Assembly: GCF_001447785.1 (NCBI RefSeq)
Contig: NW_015172628.1
Location: 75,135 to 139,134, forward strand
Direction of reading: 5' to 3'
Source of the DNA: Gekko japonicus
Lineage: Eukaryota
Length of the DNA stretch: 64,000 nt
The position numbers and the translations under genes were made by a program. The notes below the pieces were generated by a model. It saw only the letters and a list, made by a program, of their open reading frames with translations, made no database searches and was not told the DNA's origin. Numbering within the stretch: position 1 is the stretch's first letter; the number at the start of each line of letters is the position of its first letter. Below are positions 52,928-64,000 of this stretch, in pieces.

Positions 52928-54268
52928 TGGAAAGAATATCAGAGCTGCAAGGAGAGAGACAGATTATCTTCCTGCCTGCCCAGGATGGTCCATTGGCCTC
53001 CTGCCTGGCAGTGACCCAACCTGAACCCACGGAGCACAGAAAGTGAGTGAATGGAACAGAAAGAGGGTTCTGGATGTCAGCTCTGTAGAATCTTTCCCTC
53101 TGTGTCAGTCTTAACATTGCAAATCAGATGGCCCATGCACCAGAATAATGAAGTAAAATGGTTATTTACTAATGCCATTGGTATTTTTAATTTTTTAAAA
53201 AATTCCAGTGAGTTAAAAACCCAATGTACAAATCCTAGCGGATAACTTTTAGCATAGCACATGGCAACCTGAGCAGGGAGATGCCCTCTCTTGTCTTGAG
53301 GGTCTGGGCAAGAAGACTGAGAAGCTCTTCTTTCCCTGTGCAAGTCTAACAGGGTCATTCTAAGCAGGTCTACTCAGAACCATACTCAGGTCTATTCAAA
53401 GGGGCTCGTTCCCAGGAAAGTTTTCTTAGGACTGCAAATGGACTTGGACAACTTGCTCCAAACCGAGGGTAGAAGAGACTCCCCCACCCACCCACAGCAT
53501 TGCCTCAACAATCCAACTCTAGACAGGTGCGGCAGTTGGAGGGACTGCTTCCATGGGGCTGCCCCCTCCCTTCACGGAGGGGTAAACAGAGAGTTGGTGG
53601 AAGTGATACTGCTGCTGCACCATCTAGCCACATCACATTGTGCATAATATCTAGATGGAAGTACTGCCTGCCCTTTTAATATATGATCACTAATACCTAC
53701 TTCAATAAATCAAAGAATGTAATCCTTTTTCCTTAGTTACATTTTAGTTGATTCCTGTGCCTAACATGCAGGTACCAAATTATCCTACTGAGATCAATGG
53801 AATTTATGTGTGTATAACTTAAGCTGAGAGTTGCAGTGTAGGGAGACTTACACGCATAAACTTCAGAGAAATTAATGAGACTATGCGAGAAAGTTTTTGA
53901 AAGTTCAAAGTCCATCTCAGATGTATAAGCTGCAACGGTATGGGGCAGGTTTGCTAGGTCCTGCCTTTGGGTCTGGGACTCTCCTTTTTGTCTCTTCCAG
54001 TTCAACAATTTATTTTGATATGGCTTACATCAGAGAAGTTCCTGCTTTACTGTGCTCTTAATTTATAGTGTAGTCTTATAAAATAAAAAATGGCATTTAA
54101 AATCAAAATGATTTTAAAAAGGATTTTAGTTTTATTTGACCTTTGTTTTTAAAACCATGAACATATGGCGTTACAATTTCATTTTCCCATTAACCATTCC
54201 AAATATCATATATCTAATTCTGAACCTGGACCCCCATGCAGATCAAAAACCCCAAGAATGGGGCCAGG

Positions 54269-54676
54269 CAGGGGTCATTTCATAGAAAAAGAGGTGCAGG
54301 AGCTCATTATAACTCATTAGCAGAACTTATTTGCATATGCCACACCCCCTGGCATCACCGGAAGTGTGTCAGAAGGCAACACCCAACTGCTCAGGCTCTA
54401 CTGGACTGTTTTGGATTGCTAGCTATTGGGGGGGCATGCAGATCTGTCCTCACAGAGGAGGGAGAGCTTGTGCCTGAATAAAACTTGGTCTTAAAGGTGT
54501 CACTGGACTGTTTTGGACTGGGGGTCCAGGGAGAGCTGTGCAACTTACCTGGCTGCTTCTTGCTCTGACTGAGGGCTACTGGGAGCAGGGGGTGGGGATT
54601 GTTGCATGTGCCTGCCCCCTGGGCTCTTTACTGCCAGAGCTCTGCTCCTGTGCACTCCTGCAGGAAATGACCCCTG
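54269..54676. mobile_element. hAT MITE, same family as 20690-21029
   Basis: TIRs caggggtcatttc / gaaatgacccctg; TSD gggccagg/gggctagg. Confidence 0.85.
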
Positions 54677-55239
54677 GGGCTAGGTACACATGTATATATC
54701 TAATTCTCAAGTCGTCCCCTGGTGTGCGGATGCTTAAATCCGCACATCGGGGGGACCTGGGGGGGAGGGAGAGGTTTATGCGCACGTGGGGCGGTCCCCA
54801 TGTGTGCACAAAAATCCTAAATCTTGGAAAAAAACATCGGGGGGATGTTTAAATCCCCCCGAAACTCACAGAGCATCCCCTGAGCATGCACAGGGAACGC
54901 TCTGCGACCGATGCTGCCGCCGCCTGGAAGATGAGCGNNNNNNNNNNNNNNNNNNNNNNNNNNNNNNNNNNNNNNNNNNNNNNNNNNNNNNNNNNNNNNN
55001 NNNNNNNNNNNNNNNNNNNNNNNNNNNNNNNNNNNNNNNNNNNNNNNNNNNNNNNNNNNNNNNNNNNNNNNNNNNNNNNNNNNNNNNNNNNNNNNNNNNN
55101 NNNNNNNNNNNNNNNNNNNNNNNNNNNNNNNNNNNNNNNNNNNNNNNNNNNNNNNNNNNNNNNNNNNNNNNNNNNNNNNNNNNNNNNNNNNNNNNNNNNN
55201 NNNNNNNNNNNNNNNNNNNNNNNNNNNNNNNNNNNTACA

Positions 55240-56880
55240 TAGTACAACGAAATTAAGGTGCAATCATTCGGTGATCTACAAGCATACTCATATACACTCA
55301 CACAACCATTAGGGTTCACATTGCAACTTAACCACCAATGTCACCCAAATTCCAATTCATACAGCATTTAAAGCAATAATAGCTCTCGAATAAAAACTGT
55401 TTTTTAATCTGTTTGTCCTTGTTTTGATTGTCCTATATCTTCTACCCGAAGGCAGCAGTTCAAACAGGGAGTGTTCAGGGTGTGACAAATCCTGCAAAAT
55501 GTTCTTTGCTTTTTTCAAGCATCGAGAACTATACAATTCCTCCAGGAACGGGAGAGGGCAGCCAATAATCTTCTGGGCTGTGATGATAACTCTCTGGAGT
55601 GCTTTCCTCTCCACAGCCGTACAGCTGGCAAACCAGGCACAGACGCAGTATGTTAAAATGCTCTCTATTGAGCAACGATAGAAGGACATCAGTATTTTCT
55701 CACTCAAGTTATTTTTCTTTAAAAGTCTGAGAAAAAAGAGCCTCTGCTGGGCCTTCTTCACCAGAGCAGTGGTGTTAGCGCTCCAGGTCAAGTTCTGCTC
55801 AATAATCACTCCCAAAAACTTAAAAGTAGCCACCCTCTCCACACGTTCTCCACCAATAAACAGTGGCTGAATGTCCGTTTTGTTCCTCCTATAGTCCACT
55901 ACCAATTCCTTGGTTTTGGTGGTGTTGAGGATCAAATTATTTTCCCTGCACCAAACACAAAGCCGTTCCACCTCGTCCCGATAAGCAGACTCATCATTCC
56001 CAGAGATGAGCCCTACCACAGTGGTGTCATCAGCAAACTTGATGATGGTGTTACTGGGGTGGGTGGGGGTACAATCCTGTGTGTAGAGGGTATAGAGCAA
56101 GGGGCTCAATACACAGCCTTGTGGAGAACCGGTATTAAGGGTAAGGGCTGTGGACATATAGGACCCTACTCTAACCCTCTGGGGGCGGGCTGTCAAAAAG
56201 TTCAAAATCCAGAAACATATGGAGCTGGAGAGTCCAAGGCCCTCCAATTTGGACACTAATCTATCTGGGAGGATGGTATTAAAGGCAGAACTAAAATCCA
56301 CAAACAACAGCCTCACATAACTCCCCGGCTGCTCCAGATGTGACAGAGCAGTATGCAGAGTAGTGTTGATGGCATCCTCTGTGGATCTGTTTGCCTTATA
56401 TGCAAACTGGTGACTATCCAGTGTAGATGGAAGATATGAGACGATGTGACTACGAACCAATTTCTCAAAACACTTCATCACAACTGGACTGAGTGCAACT
56501 GGTCTATAATCCTTTAGACTGCTGATTGTGGATGTTTTGGGCAGGGGAACAATAATTGAGGACTTTAGGCAAGACGGAACACTAGACTGGTGTAAGGCCA
56601 GTTGAAGATCTTAGTAAAGACCCCTGCCAACTGGTCAGGTACAAGAGGCACAGGTGCCGTTTTCTCCAGGGGAACTGATCTCTATGGTTTGGAGGGCCAG
56701 ACCTCAGCGTACACCTCACCTCATGCTCTTCTACCCTGAGGGAGGGGCCACCATGGACAGATGGCTGTAATATGGCTGTCCCCTTCAGCTCCACATCAAA
56801 ACGGGCAAAGCAGAGATTAAGCTCCTCCGCCAATGAAGGGTCTCCATCCACGGCAGCAAGAGTTGGTTTATAACTGGTAA
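55240..56880 (-). mobile_element. Rex1/Babar LINE, 5'-truncated, with long open RT ORF (55357-56481)
   Basis: [96 protein letters not shown]. Confidence 0.9.
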
Positions 56881-57145
56881 AAACAGCTTTAAAGGGGGAT
56901 TAGACAGATTCATAGAGAACAGATCTATCAGGGGCTACTAGCCATGGTGACTGAGGGGAATCTCCACATTCAGAGGCACTAACTCTCTGAATCCCAGAGC
57001 CATGAGGCAACATTAGGGGAAGGTCTCAGCCTCTATGCCCTGTTACTGGCCCTCCAGAGGAACTGGTTGGCCACGATGTGAGGCAGGATGCTAGCTTAGA
57101 TGGCCCATTGGTCTGATCCAGCAGGGCTCTTCTTATGTTCTTATG
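56881..57145 (+). mobile_element. CR1 3' end fragment
   Basis: Similar to the ORF2 terminus and 3'UTR at 8680-8950; ends cttatgttcttatg. Confidence 0.85.
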
Positions 57146-58509
57146 ACACCCTCAGGGATGCAGAAAAATATAGATTTTAAAACCCTAACATTTTAACAAA
57201 AAACATCAAGATCTTGTGATGCTACATCAGGTGGTGGTGGTGGTGGGGAGAACAGGAAGGAATGCCACAGGTGCCAGCAAGGCAGGCGGCCAGGCACACA
57301 GACGGGCAGGCACTGCTGGCCCTACTGCTGGCATGCCAGGTGAGAGGGTGAGCAATGGGAACCAGTGCTGCAGGCAGTAGCAGGAGCAGCCACTGCTGCC
57401 CCCACCTTTGCATGAGCCAGGCAGGCAGAGGGAGAAAAGGTGCAAGTGAGAGAGTGGGACCTGCTGCTGCCTCTCCGCCACTGCTGTGTGAGCCAGACAG
57501 GCAGAGGCTGTGGCACTGAAGGCAGGTGGGCTGGCCAGCAAGCGGCCAACTAAGCCAATGAAAGGGGGGGGGGAAGGATGGGATTCTTCCTCCTTGCAAA
57601 CCTTGCAGGTGCCCCACTTGTGTTGTAACAATAAGCAATGATGTATTCTGTGGGAAAATACAAAGTCGGGCACTCGCTCCATGTACTAATATCTGGGCTT
57701 TTTGTCTTTTGACTTCTCCAAAGCTCCATGGCAAACTACTTTTAAAATCCAACAGAATTCTGAATGCAATTTTTGATGTAGCATCATGTTCAAAGACAAA
57801 AGTCAAATCCCTACTGGTTGCGCACAAGTCCTTAAGCATGCTGTAAGCCACTCTTTAGTTTTTAACTACCTTGATCCAAAAGCATTGTGAATGTGACATG
57901 GAATTAAACACCAGCACAACTAATAACCTCTTTGCCTGGAGTTAATATTGAACTGGAGATGTTAGGTACTCAGTACTCTCATCATCAAATGGTTTTGATC
58001 AGATCTCCATAGGCACATAAATCCAATCAAGAAAAATTTATACCAGTAGCAGAAAAAAATTAAAGCATCAAAATCCTAACAGTTTAGCTGAAAACTTCAT
58101 ACCACATATTGTTCATATACTACAATTGGGCAGCAATACCAAATTCCAAATATTTTAATCCTTGAACTTTCCAAACTGAAGTGTTTGAGCACTGAGTTTC
58201 ACAAGCCTTCACAAAAACCAAGGGATTACTACTAGGTAACTACACTATATGTGTGTAATTATATGCTCTATGTAATAAGATATTATAGTCCAAAATGAAC
58301 ATTATGAACATTATTTAAACTAGTACTTCCAAAATTGAACCTGACAGAAAGACCCCTGAATTTGTAAAAGTATATAAGCAAATGTTAGTAATTAAATTAA
58401 AACATTATTGTCATTTTGGTCATCCCTCTTAAAACTATAACGGTACAAATGCAACAATCCAACATTTAATTCTGGTTGATAACATATAATTCTGGTTGAT
58501 AACACCCAC

Positions 58510-58788
58510 CTGGGACCTCTTGCCTGTTCTGGCATCTCCTGAAACAATCACAATCTGATGATGATGCAGACTTTCCATGAAAGCATATTTCATTTGCCAG
58601 ATAGGAAGTTCCTCTCTTTCTTTGAGAAGCTTGTAATAACGGGAAGAGAATGGCAATCTGTCAAAAGGATTAATCTCTAAATCTTCTGCACATTTCCCTA
58701 TCCTTGCCTCCTCCATCTCCTCCACATCAGTAGAATCAAATAATTCTGAAGAGCACGGCTTCTCAGAGGAAAAGGATAAACAGTCCAT
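58510..58788 (-). CDS. DHX32: DHX32 coding exon 1 (exon incl. 5'UTR runs 58883-58510)
   Basis: Translates MDCLSFSSEK...EDLEINPFDRLPFSSRYYKLLKEREELPIW...IVIVSGDARTGKRSQ, matching the recalled DHX32 N-terminus. Acceptor ttttttgttcctag before 58883, donor CAG|gtgggt; 279 nt, phase 0. Confidence 0.93.
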
Positions 58789-60502
58789 CTCTCTCCTTCA
58801 TGTATTATTTCCAGCGATGAAGCACTAGTGCTGGAACTTTAATGAAGACATTTACACTGATAAATCACTAAAGTCCTGGAAACCTAGGAACAAAAAATAA
58901 ATCCACAATCATCTGGTCCAGATAAAGAACTCGCCAAACTTTCAGGTCAAAAGTTTAACAAAGTTTCAGTCATCAGGCTTTATTTTGTCTTTGCCTTCTT
59001 TGTTTTCTCCTTGTCGCCTCTGAGGGCCTTGAGGATGATTGGCCAGAAAATACATCTGAGAAAAGTTTACACACCCACAGTTAAAATGAGTCACCCAAGA
59101 AGAAACAGTTCAGCAGAAACCGATTACTTTCTGCATATTAAATTAATGGACTGTTGCTTCAAATCAAACCAGTAATAATGAGTTGGTTGAGTTGTTTTTT
59201 TCTCCCCACACTGTAGTCTCCCTCTCCAGTCAGGAAAGTGATTAAGGACTCTGCTGAGCCTCCCCTTTGTCACATGTGTCTGCATCCTGATTCATCGTGA
59301 ATAGAGGGCTATGGGGTGAGATTATTGTGGCTGATTGAAAAGAGGGTCACGTGGTTGCTTAATGCCATCATAATAGATTGTACCACTGGATGTGGAGTGC
59401 AAAACTGGCAGGGCTTTGTGCAGTAGCCAAAAAGTCTCATTAGGAGACATTAAGCCAAGCATTCAAAACACTCTGCATTTAATACAATCCACAGTTTTCT
59501 GGGACATTACTTAAAATATATTGTTCATGATGAATAATTTGCATTGTTGGATTATGAAGTTAGATGTTTTCCCCTGAATCAATTCAAGAACCTTTAGGTA
59601 CAGGGACTCTGGAGTCCCCAGATGGCTCAGTTTCAGGATCAGGATGCTGCTATGATGCTTACGTGTGCAGTTATTTGGCTCACACTGATTTTTGTTGGTA
59701 CACATGACTGACCCAGACTGGAATGTGACCAGCAAAAATTGTATAGTTTGCATTTTACTTGTTTATACCTCACCTCGCTCCCCAATGGATATTCAAAGCA
59801 TATTACATCATTCTCTTCTCCACTTGATCTTCACGACAGCCCTGTGAGGTTAGATCCAGATGGTCAGTCATGTCAGTCATGCTGGTCTGAAGCAGTAGAA
59901 CAAATTTAGAGTTTCCGAGGTTGTAAACTGAGACTTTGACTCGCCTAAGATTTATTTTATTTATGTTATAGTCCTCCTTTCTCACTTGGACTCAAAGCAG
60001 ATTACACAGACTCCAACAAACTTTCATGGCACCGTTGAGATTTGAACCTGGGTCAGTGCATGTGTGCATCCTGGAGAAAAAAAGGGGCCTGCATATTTTT
60101 AATGCTTCTGTTTGTGTTACTCAGTGCTGAACTGGAAACAGGAAACCACCACCTAGTGAGCCTTCTAATTTAGCAACTAGTTTATTGCTGGCATTAAAAT
60201 GCCTCAGTGTGGTATTTTTCTTTTCCTTAATTTCAAAATTCAGTGTCAAAGTAAGTCTCATTTCTGCACTAAGAAAAACTGAATGCTGCAACTGGTACAA
60301 ACTAAGACAACACTAGCACATTTTTTCACAGATCAAAAGAGTGACAAGCTTAGTTCCTGGTTATCATCTGTTTTGGTTCAACTGGGGGGGGGAACAACAT
60401 AGGTAATAAATATGTCAGAAGTGGAGATTGATGTGCCCTAATTTGTGAGAATCCCGTCCTTTTTGTCGTTGTTGTTTGTTTAGCGTTAGCGCTTTCTGCT
60501 AC

Positions 60503-60620
60503 CTGGGAAGTTTTCTGGACTTCAAACAAAACAGACGCTTGGCGGGCCCGGTTCGGAAGGGCGTTGCGAGAGGAGGGATCTGTGGTCTTTTCTCCATCTC
60601 CGCCCTTCCTCGCGACCTTT
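60503..60620 (-). other. DHX32: Candidate non-coding first exon of DHX32 (5' end approximate)
   Basis: Minus-strand donor CCCAG|gtagca at 60503 at the edge of the CpG island. The acceptor at 58883 requires an upstream exon. Confidence 0.4.
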
Positions 60621-60658
60621 TGATTCCTCCCGTCTAACCTCGCCGGGCGGGCAGTTGC

Positions 60659-60672
60659 GCTGCTATGGCAAC
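60659..60672. promoter_or_regulatory. RFX X-box
   Basis: GCTGCTATGGCAAC versus the palindromic X-box consensus GTTGCCATGGCAAC, inside the CpG island. Confidence 0.65.
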
Positions 60673-60725
60673 GGAACTCTTGGCGCGGCCTTGAAGGGTG
60701 GCGGAGTGGAAAGCGAGGAGTGCTC

Positions 60726-60779
60726 ATGGAGCCAGCTGTAGTTGAGGGCGACGGGGGCAGGACGGACGGGAGCGGAATC
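60726..60779 (+). CDS. FANK1: Candidate first coding exon of FANK1 (MEPAVVEGDGGRTDGSGI; donor uncertain)
   Basis: ATGGAGCCA (MEP, as in the recalled mammalian FANK1 start MEPQ) about 54 nt downstream of the X-box; possible donor gtgagc at 60780. Supported mainly by synteny. Confidence 0.4.
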
Positions 60780-62070
60780 GTGAGCTTTGAGTGCATCGCT
60801 TCGGGCCAGTCGCTCTGTGGGGCTAGCGAGCTTCATAGAGTTGTTGATGGGGGGGGGGGGGTTTGGGGGGGGGGTGCTTAAATTGTTGTGTGTTGGGGGG
60901 GGGGGGGGATGTGGGCGAGGAGTTCTTTGGAGGAAAGGCGGGATACAACCTGTATTAATAAGAATCAGTACTATAAGCCACGGAAACGTCAGAAGTGAGC
61001 AGTGACTCACGAGAGCTCATCCCCTGCCACCTATTTTGTTAGTCTCTAAGGTGCTGCTGGACTCTTGCTCTTTTCTACTGTGGATTAGGGTAACTGCCTC
61101 TTTTCCTGATAAGGTTCCTGTACTGGTAAGATCTGCTTGACAGGCAAAATATGAAGGATGCAGATTTTACATGGAAATGTAGTGAAAAAGGAAACCCTTG
61201 GGTTGTGCCTGTTGTGCAGTTATTAAATGCACAGGAGTCCTGTGGGGGGGGGAGTGTCAGTGCTAAACTAGAGAAGTGTGCTTTTTGGAGTCATTGGGAT
61301 CGTTGGGTCATATGTGCCCTATGGGGTTGCCAACTGCCTGGAGAAAAACACTGCCCCTTTAATTGAGGCATAATGGGATTTTCCAGGTAGTATTATCTAC
61401 CTGTGTCATGAAAGGCTTCAGCTATCTAGTTCAACACGTTCTGCTTCTATTAACAGGACACTTTGCTCCAGGCTTGTTGGCAGCCATACAGTGCCCTAAA
61501 AATATTAAACAGAAGGGTGCAGTTGTGCTGAGTGTCTAAAACAAGAGGCATCTGTTATCTCCTTTGGGACTATTCTGAAATAAAGATCACCCTTCTTGTG
61601 CCAAAGGGGGTGGGATTTGGTGCTTTAAAATTGGAACCATTCTTTCAGCTTAGGGAAATATGAAATCCTTAAAGATGGGAAAGGAGGGGACAGTAAAGGC
61701 GTGATTCTTTTTGTGGGGAGAAAGGCATGGGAATGCAAGCCCCTAGGAGAGTGGATTGTGCTTGGTGTAGAATAAAAAGAAATTTTACAAGAAAATGTGG
61801 GAGCAGTAGGAGTAGTGGGGTTGTGAGGGAAGAGTAGTGGTATGGTATGATTTTGAAAAGTGAAAAATGCATGTGATTTATTGCCAAAGGCCTGTAAGGT
61901 AGGTGCTGAAGGGAAGGAACCCTTTTAGAGATCCAGCATAGTTGGTGGGGAAGCATATCAACATGAAGTTGTGTTGTAAACATCTAGAGAACAGTTTGAA
62001 AATGTTTGGGTAATGTATCTCAGGAAGCTGTATTGTTATTTGGTAGGGAACAAAATCTCTCCCTTATATA

Positions 62071-62336
62071 TACCCTGTTTCCCCAAAAATAAGACCTTCC
62101 CCCAAAATAAGCCCTAGCAGGATTTCTATGCATTTGTGGTATAAGCCAGCTGCTGCTCAAGGCTGCTGCCATGCCATTGGCTGGGAGGCGGGAGGCAAAC
62201 GCTGTGTGCGAATGGCGCAGCGGTGTTGCGCCCCTTGCTACGCCCCGATTTCCCTCCCCCACCCACCCAGTTGGAGCCCGGCGCCAGCAGTGATTCCTTC
62301 TCCCCACCCCCAATTGACGAGATAATCTTTTGCAGG
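62071..62336 (+). mobile_element. Tc1/mariner (pogo/Tc2-like) MITE left end, running into a gap
   Basis: ta-ccctgtttccccaaaaataagacc...ccccaaaataagccctagc terminal motif. Confidence 0.55.
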
Positions 62337-62503
62337 NNNNNNNNNNNNNNNNNNNNNNNNNNNNNNNNNNNNNNNNNNNNNNNNNNNNNNNNNNNNNNNN
62401 NNNNNNNNNNNNNNNNNNNNNNNNNNNNNNNNNNNNNNNNNNNNNNNNNNNNNNNNNNNNNNNNNNNNNNNNNNNNNNNNNNNNNNNNNNNNNNNNNNNN
62501 NNN

Positions 62504-62617
62504 TGACCACGGAAACGTCTTCGGACAGCGCTGGCTCTTCAGCTTTGAAATGGAGATGAGCACCGCAACCCTAGAGTCGGATTCGACTGGCTTTTGAGCA
62601 AGGGAACCTTTACCTTT
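62504..62617 (-). mobile_element. Sauria SINE 5' part, cut by N gap
   Basis: Reverse complement of 44466-44580. Confidence 0.85.
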
Positions 62618-63731
62618 TATATCATTCTACAAAATAAGTGTATAATATATCACCATTCCTTGTGTGTCTTTGCAACCCAGTGATCTAGTATGTCATTCTG
62701 TCTTTGCTAGACTTGCAGTCTGCATTTATTCCACCATTAGTTTATGTAACAATCTAATTTCTCTCCACTTTGTTTTCTGTGGCTAAAACTGCACATCCCG
62801 CAGTATTCCCCACTTGCTGCATGTATGAATAATCCACAAAGTAAATTTATTTCCATTTTTCTACACATCACCCCACTCAAACCACCTTGTACTGTGTCAC
62901 AAAACTGAACAAGTGTGCTGGAGTAAGTTGCTTAAAGAACAAAAAGAAGTTATTCATGTCAAGGGGAAAGGGAATAGATGTCTCTCCTACTACGATCTGG
63001 AACAAAATTTCTGCTTCATCACAAATAGTGACAATTTAGCCTCTGGCTGTGATCAAAGCCTACATACCATATAAACCAAGAGAAATATAGATAGACATAG
63101 CTCCATATTTCTCAAACTCTTTTCACAGATTTTGATAAAGTTTCTGATGCACCAGAAGCTGTGTGCATGTGGAGAGAAATCTAAGATCAGATGCACTACT
63201 TTTAATTTCTTGAAGGAACGGTGGGATAGAAATGGACTAACTAACCAACTAGGCCAAGTATTGAGTAGTCAAAACTGTCTTCAAAGGACCAAGGGTCTGC
63301 TTCAGTATAAGGTAGATTAATGTGTTCAGTCAGTCATTGTGGGAAGTGAGTAGGATTGCCAACAGATCTGGATAAAAATGTCTTATCTCTTTAATAAAAA
63401 CTTAATGTGTGGTAAATAATATCCCATTAAGCCTCAATTAAAGGGGCAGGATATTTTTCTTCAGGCAGTTGACCAGCCTAGAAGAGAGAAATCCTTGTTC
63501 CCAATGGACCATAATGCAGGTATCAGAAATGACATCAAGCTATATATCCTTTGCATCAAGCCTGGTCAGATGTTTTTGTCCCACTGCAGTTTCAGGGAAA
63601 CCGCTGAAAAACTTAAAACCTTCTTATAAATCTGTTAGTGTGCAATTTATAGCTGTTGGTTCTTGTACCTACTCAGATTTAAATAGCTCATTGCTCTCTT
63701 CTGCTAGTAAAATTCAATAGAGACTCTAAAT

Positions 63732-64000
63732 CAGGGGTATCAAGCATATGGCCCGCAGGCTGGAACCAGCCCGTTGAAGGCTCGTATCCAGCCTGTGAGC
63801 AACTGGCTCTCTCCTGCTTCTTTCCCCAGGGCTGCTGCTGCTGCTGTGTCACAGCTAGCATTTGCCTGTCTCTCTCAATTGCAGGTGGGGGGGGGATACA
63901 AAGCCAAGCCCCTCCATTCGCTGAGGTCTCCTCCCCCGACCTCCTGACTGAGATGGGGAGGGAGAGAGCCAGCAAGAGAGAGAGAGATAAAACAAACTTT
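63732..64000 (+). mobile_element. hAT-Charlie-like element left end
   Basis: caggggtatcaagcatatggcccgcaggc terminus resembles Charlie-type TIRs. Confidence 0.5.

Larger units (their letters stand above)
60530..60830. promoter_or_regulatory. CpG-rich putative bidirectional promoter (DHX32 minus / FANK1 plus)
   Basis: The only clearly non-repeat CpG-dense segment seen, with GC-box-like motifs, about 1.7 kb upstream of DHX32 coding exon 1. DHX32 and FANK1 are neighbours on opposite strands in mammals. Confidence 0.7.

Noticed and set aside
57222-57851. 209-aa minus-strand ORF
   Set aside because: Low-complexity GC-rich, probably repeat-derived sequence in a DHX32 intron, with no recognisable domain or splice support.
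247-58788. Calling the gene DHX15, DQX1 or a pseudogene
   Set aside because: The residues match recalled DHX32-specific segments (EDLExNPFD, IAGLGHCDF, RKQILG), and all exons are open and in phase.

Overview
Vertebrate genomic DNA, almost certainly squamate and probably a gecko, judging from the Sauria SINEs, BovB/RTE, CR1, L2 and hAT MITE content. The window is dominated by DHX32 on the minus strand: nine coding exons from 58788 down to 247 splice in frame through canonical GT-AG introns (1878 nt, 626 codons), and the last exons lie beyond the left edge. A CpG-rich region at about 60.5-60.8 kb looks like the head-to-head DHX32/FANK1 promoter and carries an RFX X-box. The introns hold a layered mobilome: a young CR1 with a duplicated 3' end, a near-intact Rex1/Babar RT, a Gmr1-like Gypsy relic split by two later insertions, many hAT and Harbinger-type MITEs with readable TSDs (one three-level nest), and tRNA-, 5S- and Sauria SINEs. 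The most unusual items are (i) two copies of an RT-less, TSD-flanked, poly(A)-tailed retroposon encoding only a short coiled-coil ORF (HAL1-like), (ii) an apparent 2-nt (GA)n slip that puts the probable ancestral DHX32 start codon out of frame, and (iii) further degeneration of the DHX32 Walker A/B motifs. Family assignments come from recognising motifs by eye, not from database searches. There are five N gaps.
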